From assembly GCA_040954595.2 (NCBI GenBank), contig CM082579.2, positions 6,561,625 through 6,625,624 on the forward strand: a DNA stretch of 64,000 bases, written 5' to 3'. A program made the translations under genes and the position numbers. The notes below the pieces were generated by a model, which ran no database searches, was not told the origin of the DNA, and saw only the letters and a program-made list of their open reading frames with translations. Of this stretch, positions 40,101 through 52,100 are shown piece by piece. Every line of letters starts with the position of its first letter. Position 1 is the stretch's first letter. This stretch comes from Balanoglossus misakiensis. Lineage: Eukaryota > Animalia > Hemichordata.

Positions 40101-43100
40101 ATGCATGCATACTGACCTCATATGTGACCTTCAGACTAGACTGCAAGAGTATTGTTGGGAATTTCGGATGCACTTCAGCTGTTAACCACAGACGGAAATT
40201 CTGATCAGGTTCCAGTGAATTCAGTTCCTGAGAATAAAAATAAAATATTTTAGTCTGCATAGAGTATTCCCACTAAAGTCTTTAATAGATATTGCGTTCT
40301 TGACTTGAGCTCTGAAACTTGTCTCATGAAAAGGCGGGCATGTCTACAAAAGCCTATACTCACCTTCTCAAGCAGAGGTAGCCAAGCTGTGACCAAATGT
40401 AAATTCTTCAAACACAACCAGTCTCCATTACGAGAACATTCATGGAGCAACTGCATGGCAATGTCAGCCTGACCTTGACCCATAGCGACCTTTAGAACAG
40501 AAGGGGAGAAAAAATTCAGTACAAGGACATAATTTCCCTCCCTTAATTTCATTTAATCCACTATCTAACTGGCACATCCCATCAACACAAAGGCAAGCCC
40601 TCTATAGACAGACAGTGGTACCTGGGGTGAAATGGTTAAAGCAATTAACAGACATTGGTACCTGGTGGTATCGTTCAGGTCCAACCTCTTCGTTTGCCAA
40701 CTCTTGCAATTCCTGTGAAGGATCGGCACCGGGAGAGATGACAACCAGAATGGGTTCCGTGGCAACCGTCTCCTTCAGTAGTCTCTTCAAGTTCAATGAT
40801 GGTGGCGACAACTCTTTCATGCCTGTCAATCGAACAACAACAAAATTGTTTTTTTATAAAATCACCACTGACAACAACACTATGATAAATTAACAATAAA
40901 GCGTCCACGAAAACATGGATATTTGACAAAGTCTTGGATTGACATTAAATGTGAAAACATGACTTAATTGTCTATTTGTTTTCAATTCTCTTACCAAGTG
41001 CTCTGGATGCAAATAAATTCATTGCACTTTGCAGCCTGTCTGGTCTGATTGCCTGCAATGCCAACACCTGGTGAGACAAAAAATGTTAAATATTAACATA
41101 ATGTACAGAGACAATCTATTGTGTTTAAAAAAACAGTGGCCGCAATACACCACTGTACACCATTACTGGCTTAGCAGATTCCTTCATATAAAGCAATGAA
41201 TCACAAACATGCCTATTTGATGATATCACCAAAACTGCCACCAAAATATCCCCGCCCCTCCCCACATACACAAACACAACTTACAGCACACCACAGGACG
41301 TGCACTGATCCTGAAATCTAAATACTGGAAAGACCTTACTGACTTCATCCACTACACATATGCTCACCTGTTGGAAGGCTGACACCTTCTTCAACAAAGG
41401 TGACGGGAAATCCTGCTCACAATGAGAACTCCTGGCGAACGACATCCACAGGTCGGCATCCTCCAAACACAGGGTTGGATACATGTTGGGGAATGTACTC
41501 TGTGGACGATGAAATTATGAATATTAATAATTACATGATGCATTAATTGACCATTGATGTAAGTGTTAAAACTGGACATGACCAACCAGACACAAAGGGA
41601 AGCCTACAGCTAACAGTAGAATGATTTTGCCATACCTTGAGATGAACCACAGAGCTGTGTCTTTCCTGGTCAATCCAGGATGGGACGTCCCTGGAATGTT
41701 TCTGAGAATCCGTCTTCACGTCCGACACTATCAATCCAGAGAAGGCCTCCCATTCCTGCAGATTGAAATATTGATCCGTCAACTTTCAGAAATTGTTTAC
41801 GCTTATATACAAAACGCTACGATGCAAACAATTACATGGACTGACAAACTGGCAAATGAGAACTCATATATACTTGACAGTGTTACTTTTTACTTACATT
41901 TTCTTCGAACATCTCTGGATGTGTTCCGTGTACAAGGTGCATTGCAAACATCAATCGGTCTGCTTTGAACAAGGATCTGCAGACGTACTCGTACACAAGG
42001 TTCTGCAGTGAGTTGCTCAGTGTCTTGATTCTCATCTCTGTGCTGCTGCCATCCTGCAGGACAAAATACAGATCGATAAACTCATTCACAACCATATTCA
42101 TAGGTGAAGCAAGATGACCAGTAAAATCCACAGCTACATGTACACACCAACTTTGGCCACTGTTCAAACAACTGCACATCAATGCAGCAAATAACATCAA
42201 ATTCCATCAGTGTATCTGCCAACTCAGTGTTGATAACGAAAACTCCACTCACAGTCTTGTTGTGCAGCGCTCTCTGGAAGAGTCGCAGGAAAGCTCCCAA
42301 ACTGAACCTGTACATGTTGTTAAGTTTGGCCAGGTCACTGATAACGAAGAACAAGGTGCTTCCACTCTCGGCAAGTGGCAGATAGGTATTTCTCTCCTGG
42401 AAGTGAAAATAAACAATATTCATTTAGTTAGTTAGTTATGGTATTTGTTCCTATGCGACATTATCTTATCAACATTATCGACACTAACTTACCTGGTCTA
42501 AAGATGCCTGCAGTCTGACTGATTCCGTCAGCGACTCAGCGATTGTCATACTGCTAGCCTTGGTCTTGTTCAGGGAATCTATCAGATCTTTGTTCTCCAG
42601 GATGTTGCCCTCCGCTTGGGCTAATTCCTAGCACAGAAAGATGGACACAAATAAACGTTGGAAAAACTCAAATCAAAGAAATCGCACAGTCAGTATTGGG
42701 AGAATACTGTCAGGTCAAACCACAAAACCACAGACCATTTTAGGTCTACAAACATAAATACCTCCAGTAGAGACTCTTCCAACTTGGCTAGCTGTATCTT
42801 GAGTTCCTCTTCTTGTCTCAGTAACTCTGTTTTGCGAACTTCCAACTGCGGTTTCTCGTGCTGAATTGTGGTGGCCAAGAGCTGTGTTGAAAAGATACGA
42901 GTTAATACTCTGATGTCAACAGTTCTTCAATCATTAATGCAGCTCTACGAGCCAAAAATCACCTTTGTATGGATAGTCGCAAGATATTTTATCAATCATT
43001 TTCTCATGACCAAGCAATGCATCATGCATACAATGTTCACAAGCAAACTGCACCATGGGGCACCACTACTGTACCTGTCCGGTGAGACCAGCTCTTGTGG

Positions 43101-46100
43101 TCGTGAAATTCACTTCTGTGACAATGGACGCAGCATCCGGTGGTATCTCAGGGCACGGATTACGAGTAGTCATGAACAAACGGAAATCTTCGTTGTAGTC
43201 GATCACTTTCTCTCCAATCTGGACAACAAACCTTGGACCTGAAGAAAAAAAAACACACCATGAAGAATTTAAGAAAGAGTGATGGGTACACTGGAATTCG
43301 ATGAATCAATCTTTTAGCTGACAGTTTCCCTAGGGATCACAGAGGTTATTTTGGCTGATTTTTTTATACCAATAGATAGTTTTATAAATGCTTAACATGT
43401 GTGTGTATACATCCCATATTACATCTTACCTTGGCTGACTAAATCACCTCTCAATATTGGATACAGGATTGGTTCAATTCCATCCATTTCTTGAATTATC
43501 AACGTCTTACCAAAACGTACCGCCAACTCCAAGGATGTGGTAAAATTGGCATCCTGAAACAAGACAAGAAAATGAAGACTATCAATTTAAGCGAAATAGA
43601 TTTGGCAGTGACAATTTGAGAATATTTGGTCTACAATCATAGCATAGCGTAGTTGCTTGGGGTGTAATGCAAAATCATCACAGTAAAGGTCAGAGTTCAT
43701 CAACTGACCTGCTGGTTGATGATCTCCAGTCTTGATTCCTTCAGGTGAGTCTTCAACCATTCAGTGGCTCTGGACGATGGATCAATCAGGAATGGTCTCA
43801 AGGAGCTCTGTGGACGGAAAGGAGGCTGAGTCAGATAAAAAAATGTGATCTGCTCTCCTGGAAAAGTATCCAGCAAAAAATGAGTTTTGAGGAAGGAAGA
43901 GGTTTGTAGATAACTAGGGAAGAAACAACTGACAATACGGAGTGATAGAAGTCAAGAATCAGAATTTTTTTGGCCAAGTGTGTTTTTTTAGATTTGAATA
44001 TTCATAAGAGTACTATGATCACAAGACTTAAACTAGCCAATAAAAACGACGTTCACAAATGATATCTTGTCTATCAGTGACACATAAATTATGACAGTAG
44101 CAACTTTTGGTGATATGTAATGTATTTTATCAAGCACTTACCCACCATTTGTATTGAACATTCTTAAATCGCAATTTTTATGACATATGTAAAATGTTAA
44201 TACTGACAAAGGTTTTATTTAAATAGAGGCAAAAGAGTGCCATGACAGTGCATGTCTACTGCATCTGTTTGTGGAAGAGTACATTGTATATATGTTACTT
44301 TATCTAAAGTGAGAGCAGACAAATGAAATGTAAATTTGTGTTTCACAAGTTCATAGGCAGCATTGAATGACTTGAAATAATTGTGCTACTTTCACCGACA
44401 GACATTTCACTTAACCATGCATAGAGAAAAAGACACTGTGTTCCACTTCCAACAACTTCCCAGATTTTTAACGGTGTTGACAGAGAAATAAAAACCTTTC
44501 TAGCAGGCAGAATAAGATCACTAACATTTGAGATCATTAGCATACAGGACAATGCTTCTAATATTTAAGGGAAGAAGCTGCAAACTTTTGACATTTTTTG
44601 TTGTTTTTCATTTGATGTAAGAAGTTACTTCTGATCAAAACAATCACATTGTCAATGTAGCTAGCAACTTTTTCCCTTTAACGATTCAACTTCAAAAGTA
44701 ACAGATCTAGAATGCTGTCAGCATACTACATGAAACATGCAACACTCTAAGGAACAAAACAAACAGTTTTCCTAATAAAAATAAAGACTTTACAACTACT
44801 ATAAGTTCAGTCATATAAATAAAGCAAATAGCCCCTCTTTTCAGTGGAGGTCATGTTTCAACATTTTCTTTCTGCATACACTTGTTTATCCAGTATTCAT
44901 GCTTCTGCCTGCTAGTGCTAGACACGACACCAATCAACTTTCAGATCACAATTATCAAAACGCATGTTTCAAATCTTGTTAGACTGAGATACAGCGGTGC
45001 ATGATGGGAGGTATTAAAGACAGTGGAAATGAGAGAGAACAACAGATCTGGGGTGGAAAAGGCAACATTCATAATTGCAAGAGACACATCTAGAAGTTGG
45101 TTGATTTGGAAATTCTTACCGCAACTGGCAGATCGTTACTCTGGTAATAGTCATCGTCAAGGCGCGTGTGTGTAAATCGCATGGCATAACACACATGCAA
45201 TGATTGTTTTTTTATGACAAAACCCATCGCATTATGTCAATCAGACAATCAAGAAGGGAGAAAGCAAATAATGGGGAAATTACCCGATTAGTGATATGCT
45301 TATATTACTGCCATGAAGCAATGGGACACACACACACATGCATATTATATACTCTCTCGCTGTCCTGTATTTGCGTGTTTGCGGGCGCTTGCGTTTTGCA
45401 TCTTCTTTCTGTATTTCGATTTTGTCATAACATGACGTTCACTTTCAGCTTGTTGCCATGGCAATACTTGTGCACCAGTTCTTTGCTTGAAATGAAGTTT
45501 TTGCCCAAAATTAAATTCCAAACTGGAAAAGCCGACATAAAATATTGCGTACATGAAAATTATAAAACGAAAGTGAAAACTAGCATGTCATATTTGTCTG
45601 TGTGTCATTCTAAAACGCAATTACTCTCACACATCCAACATGCATTAGTAAAGCCACCGCTTAATGTATTGCCCCAAAACATGCCCTTGTATAAAGAAAG
45701 AAAATAATAAGGAAAATGTGAAATGAATGAGCTGGCCATGCATTCAGCAAGCAGAGCTGTTTCGGTTTGTTAAACTTACTTGTAAGCCTTTGGCAGATAT
45801 ATTGTAAACTATTTTTATTTCAACTCACATTTGTTTAAATTTAATTTTAACTTTATATTTAGTCATAAATTTTAACTTAAGAGCCCACCTTCAAACATAT
45901 TTTTCGCTTAATTTCAGTGTGAGACTTGATCAGAAAGTCAAAGCAGTTTGTAAGTTCTAAATCTTCAACAATAAATCCATAAATAGCAGCCCAACACCCC
46001 CACAAAACTCTGATTTTAACAGCGTCCTCTAGCGACAGGAAAGCAGCCTACTGACTCATGACTGACGAATACTGCTGCTTTTGACTTTTCTCATCAAACT

Positions 46101-49100
46101 TCTGAAAGTGTTAAAGGACGCCAGACGTCGATCAACATCACCTACCTGGAGAATGACCATGGCGTTTTCCATGGAAAGCTCGTCGCCGGGCAATCCTTCG
46201 CTCTTCCAGATCAGCTGCTCGCTCTCCGTGCTCAGGAATCGGCGGAGTTCAAACTTGGTCAGCTGTGTGAACTGCATCCACTCGGCCAGCTTGTTGCGGC
46301 GGATGTCTTCGGATTCGGCCGCCAGGTACGTGATGAATCCGGACGCGAGCAGTGCACGCTTCGGAAGGGTCTTTAGTTCCTCAGTCAATTCCTTGACCTG
46401 CACAACAGTAGATGAATGATGACAACTTTATAGTAGCAGTAGATTTTTTATTATCGTGTCCTGTGTGAACTGAATTTCAGCTACATCTGATGACAAACCA
46501 AAATGTAGTCATACACTTCGAACATACCACATCAAAAGTTTGGTACTTTCAGGAAATGCAAACTTTACCTGTTCATTCCATCTCTGATGTTCACCTTCCA
46601 GTTTGCCCACCAGAGTTTCCGCGGCCAGAATGGTCTCGTTGGCCTTGTCCAGGTCCAGCTTCAGTTTGGCCGCTTCCGTGGTGCGCTTCTCAAATTTGTT
46701 CCTCAGCTCGGACACTTTCTTGCCGACCTCGTCCAGACCTTTCTGCAGCTTCTCCATCCTGGACACTGCTTTCTGTAAATTCCTGAATTACGAAGACAAA
46801 GATGGACTTGAAAAAAATGTAGTCTGGCCATGGAAATGAAAGACAATCTGTGATTGGTGCAAAAAATGAGTATTTGTGTAAGATTTCGTCTTTAGCCATC
46901 TGTGGCTGTATATGTGGCTGCATTTGTATGTCACACGCACGTTCCACAAACTTACTTTCTCAGCTGAGCCTGCTCCGTCTCCAGGGGTTCGATCTTCTCC
47001 AAGACGTAGGAATACTTGACATTGGCTCTGACCCAAGTGGCCAGAGGGGCAGCGGCTACGCTGGCACGTTTTGCATTCTGAAAACAAAAGCGTGGAATTA
47101 GTGATCAAGGGTCAACATATGACACTACCCAGTCGAAGGTGTTCACAGAAGACAGGTCTCACTGCACTGAAACAGAAAAACTACTCAATTTTTGTCCTTT
47201 TTTGCTTGTAATTACCTTGTCCTGGAATGAACTTCCATTCTTCTGCAGCAACTCTTCCACACCATCTCTGATTTCCGGTGAGATCTTACGAGCGTCGAAC
47301 GCCGAGATTTCTTCTTTCACTCCCCTCTTTGCCAAAAAGCTGCCATGTGGAGAGAAGAGAAATCAGAACTTTTTCCCCTTGCATGATCAGACGATATCAC
47401 TGTAATGCCAAAATTCATAGTGTTCCATACGAAGAGCGAAAATCCAAAATTCAAAGTGTCTCTGACCCAGTGACCTACCTCCTCATACTATTCCATGACG
47501 TATCCAATATTCCCATCAATCTAAGCACGCCTTCCAGAATATCCCGGATGACATCCGGAGGGGCACGCAAAGCTCTGATTTCACTCAAACTCTCGGGTTT
47601 GATGTTGCCCACAGCCTGTTTGGCCTCCCGGACCAAGGGTTCGATTTCGGACAGCTCAATGTCGATCGCCTTCTTTCTTTTCTCAAGTTTGATGTTCTCC
47701 TCGGCCGTCTGCTCTTTGAGTTTCTCAATTTCTGTCTTCTGTTCACTGGCAGCCTACATTGGATGGATAATCATTAAAATATGGTGTAAATGGTGTTTCT
47801 GAGAAGTTTTCTTGCTAAAGCTTATTTGCATGCTATTTGCACATTACATTACATTACGGTATCAGACTACCACACAAACACAACACTACTTGGGACAATT
47901 ACCTGCATACTGGTGGTAATCTCTCTCAAGGCAGTGTCTGCTTCCTCTTGTTTCTGTGCCAACAGTGCACTCTGCTGGGCGGCCTTGCCCTTCAACTCCT
48001 CCACCAAGGAGGAGGCCTCGTTCAGCTTAGATAGACCAGCCTACAGTAAACACACAAACACAGAGTTTTACCATTCAGTCTTCTTAGTTAGGTTAACCAT
48101 TTCAAACATAGAGACACTTTCATTTGATTTCATAAGCTGTCGTTTGCGCTTTGTTATATTATTTGGCTGTGAAGGTATACTGAATCATCAAGATGTAGAC
48201 TTTACGATGGTTGGGGAATAAACTAACACCAAACACTAACACTTCCCTTACCCCTATCCCAAGTAACTCCAAAAAACGAAAGAGGTAACTTTCTTGACAC
48301 CATCATTTCAAAATGCTCTCACTCATGTTTGTTTGTACATGTACGTTATACTCGTAACCACGAGTTTTCAAGTTCCCTCTTTTCAAATAGAAGAAACACA
48401 ATCCACATTGCTGCCATTCTTACTTGTAAATGACTCTGTCTATTTTCCACGTCCTTCTTCTTGTGACCGTACACCGCCATGTACGTGTGCAAGAACGTCA
48501 TGTACCGCCTGGGCGTGGCCATGGCCAGACCGCACGAGTGGTGAATGTGCAGGAAGTTCTTGAGGATTTCTTCGCCGCCCTCCAGTTTCTTCTTCTGCTG
48601 TTTGTCCGAGCTTGCCAGAGATGAGCCTTCGATTCTCGGCGCTCTGGTCAGGAGGATCTTGGGAATCTGAGTGGAATCAAAACATATCAGAATAAGAATG
48701 ATTTCTATGTGAGTTTGTTTTTAGAAAGTGAGGAAATATCCTATGTCGCATATACAACAGAAGATGCATATCACAAGAATGGTTGATTACCCTCAACATG
48801 CTGTCTCTGCTCCATCCGGCCATCCACTGCACAGCGCACTGCTTGTAGAAGGAGGGGTTACTTTCGCAGTTGACGGTGAACTTGGCATTGGAACTGTCCA
48901 TGACCAGCACCACGTGCAGATTGGTCAAGACACCTGCGAGGATGGGAAGAAGGGGTTTGATTGATCGATTCATTCATTCATTCATTCATTCATTCATTCA
49001 TTCATTCATTCATTCATTCATTCATTCATTCATACATACATACATACATACATACATACATACATTCATTCATTCATTCATTCATTCATTCATTCATTCA

Positions 49101-52100
49101 TTCATTCATACATACATACATTCATTCATTCATTCATTCATTCATTCATTTGCCAACTGTCAGACTTACGAGATGCAAAGTAGCTGAAGAGCGTTCCCTT
49201 GTAGTTCGCTTCCGACGCCAGGTCTCTGAGCGGGGTCAGGATCGGCTCCAGTTCTTCCGGCGTGTAGAGCCCCGGAACCTCTCCGGCTGCCAGCAGACTG
49301 TTGATCAGTTCCAAGAACTCCTGGTGCACAAACTGGTGATCTTCCAGCAGGAGTACCACCTGTTCCGCCTCCACGCCTGCAGTCTGCATTGCCTGCAGAA
49401 AAAAAAGGCAAATGCAATCAGCTGGTACAAAACCTGGATGTTGGCAAGGAAACAGCACTGGAGAACATTATTTATCACTGCTTTCTAGATTCAGTGGAAA
49501 TATTGACAGAAGCTTCATGTACACATAAACACTCACAGTTTGTTTGACCATTATAAGGTGAATAGTTTTGGGGGGCAGAGCTCATTGATTACACAGCCTG
49601 TGTAACTACAGTGCTGCCCTGAGTGAAGTCAATGGATATCCCTGTACCGGTATATTGTACTACAATAAAGATTTTAAGGTTTTCTTCTCAAGCTTTACAA
49701 GGCACTTCCCATGAGTGATATCTTGCAACAATAACTCCAGTCCACTTACACTTTTCAAATCTAGCTTGAATTGCTTGAGGCCGTACGATCGACCAATCTT
49801 CGGCGTGATCAACTCCATGTGATGCATGTGTGCCATGACGGTGACCGCTGTACGTCGACCGACTCCACTCCTGCCAGCCATCAGCAGTGATCCGCCCGGC
49901 TGCGTCAGGACACGATCGACACGCGCCATGAATTCCAGTGTCTCACGGAACAGCAGGATGTCAAGCTCTTTATTTTCACGTCCTGGAAATGAGGAATTAT
50001 AACGATTTTTCAAGATGCTTCAAAACATCTAATTACCGATCAACACTGGAATGAAATTAAAATGGCTGGGAGCACAGCACTGCAACATAGGCACAAATCA
50101 TATCAAACATCACCCTGTACACCCCTCAACACTCATTTCCCCCCCCCCCCCCACACATTTAATACTCACCATACACCTGGATACCCTTGTTGATGACATC
50201 TCTGAGATCTTCCTTGTTCAGTCGACCTAACGGTTTGCCATTGGGTGGCAATGGAGCGCCTGGGGCACTCACCATTCCTCCTGCTTCAGCTCTGGCGCCC
50301 CACGTCACATAGTATGCTCCTAACAAAGACAAAACATGAAACATTAGTGTATAAAGCATTCAAAGAAACAAAATATCACATGTCAACATTTCTAGTAACG
50401 TTTCATGACACAAAGCATTTCTACCAGAAGAGTTCTGTACTCTTGGATGGCAAAAAAAAAAATCCACATGTGAAACTTAGAGTTAAAATCAAATACTTGT
50501 ATGATGGCAGTAAAACTAATGGATGACACACCAGAGTTTCCTTGTACATTTGTATAACCCTTCCACCCCCAGTTCCCTCTTCAGATGTCTAACCTTACCA
50601 TAGAAAACAATGGGTTTGGACTGTACCATGGTGGTGAAAGGGTTATGGGGAAACTGATAAGAATGCTCTTATTGCAATTCACACTGTACTGTAAGTTTAT
50701 TTCCAAAATTTCCACATTACCATCCAGTCTATCGATGACATGACTGGCGTTCCAATCCGACTGCAGCACGCCCATCAGAATGTTGTCAAACTTGTTCAGG
50801 CCGTCCTCTCCCACCAGGCGGTCACGGAACAGCCTCCTGCCCTCGTAGGCCCACACCTCCAGGACATGGTCACTGCTGCTCTCGGAGGACGATGCGTTCA
50901 GGTCGTACCTGAGGAGTCCCAGAACCCAGTTGGTCAGGTCGCGCGGCGTGAAGAGGTAGTGACTGAACTCGTCCACAGAGAATCGCGCTCTTGTCTGTAA
51001 AACGAATGTTGGTTTGTCAACAGGATGCCAGGTCAGTCCAACTACAGTTAGTGCTTCTCAATGGTAGAATGAAGTCAAAACTTTGAGGCAGGCAAAGTAT
51101 CTGACGCCCAAATTCTCAACAGCTGACACTATGGTCTGGATGAAATAGAAATTTTTGTGGATTGTGGCAAGGAAAAATAACATTTCTTTCGGCTGTTGTC
51201 TGCATATTTACCGGGAATGTTCCTGCACTGTGATGGAATCTACAAAACATCCATTCTGTGTTCGGTTCTCACCTGTTCGTACACTTGAACCATGGATCCT
51301 GCCAAGTGATGGACTTTAGAAGAGGAAGCCCACACTGCATGCGATTGCAAACTTCGGTGTAGAACCGGTGTCAGGTAGGCTCCGTAAATTGACTGCAGTT
51401 GGTCTCTTTCAGTGTATCTAGAAAAAGCATGGTGTAGAAAAAAACAGCCATTTGAATTAGCTTTCATTGAGTTATAGAAAATCAGAGGAATAAACTTCAA
51501 AAGAAAAAAAAACATCACTGAGCGGAAGAATACGATGGTCGAATTGCACAATGCCAGCACTCACCCTATTCCACAAATGCGCACGATGGACGTGAATCGA
51601 CTCGTCAGTTGATGTCTTCCGATTGTGTTTCCTGCATTCATACTGGCTACAATCTGAACACCTTCCAAACCTACCCACTCCAAGTTACTGTCGTAAAATC
51701 CCTTGTATGTCAACACCTGAAATCATAAGTGATACAATTGATTGTTTTAATTTTAATTCGCTCTCTGTAAAGATCTGGCAGAGGGCGAGTTTTTATTTTC
51801 AGGCAATCATACAAAGATGTACATATGTATTCGTGTCACGTAAGGTTTGTTCGTGCCTCCTCTGCTGTGTGAATAAATTAAAAAATTTAGTCTTGTTTTG
51901 TTTCTTGGCTTCACACGCTCACCAAAAATTTCACGACTGAGTTTTTCACCAGTTTTGAAAGAAGTAATTGAAACATTGAGGTCAGACTCGCATTTGTGGT
52001 GCGACAGTTCTACTTCATGCTATGAAAAAACCTACAAGTCTCTGTTAACCCACACCGTCCTTTATTACCTGTTGTAGGAAAGCAATGAGCTGACTGGTCC

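Noticed and set aside
45780-45808. Third possible microexon with a GTAAGT donor in the long DYNC2H1 intron
   Set aside because: Nearest acceptors give 8 or 29 nt (frameshifting) and lack a pyrimidine tract.
48870-49488. FIHS/YIHT repeat protein ORFs, or a CRISPR-like array
   Set aside because: Translation of an intronic tetranucleotide microsatellite; no repeat-spacer structure.
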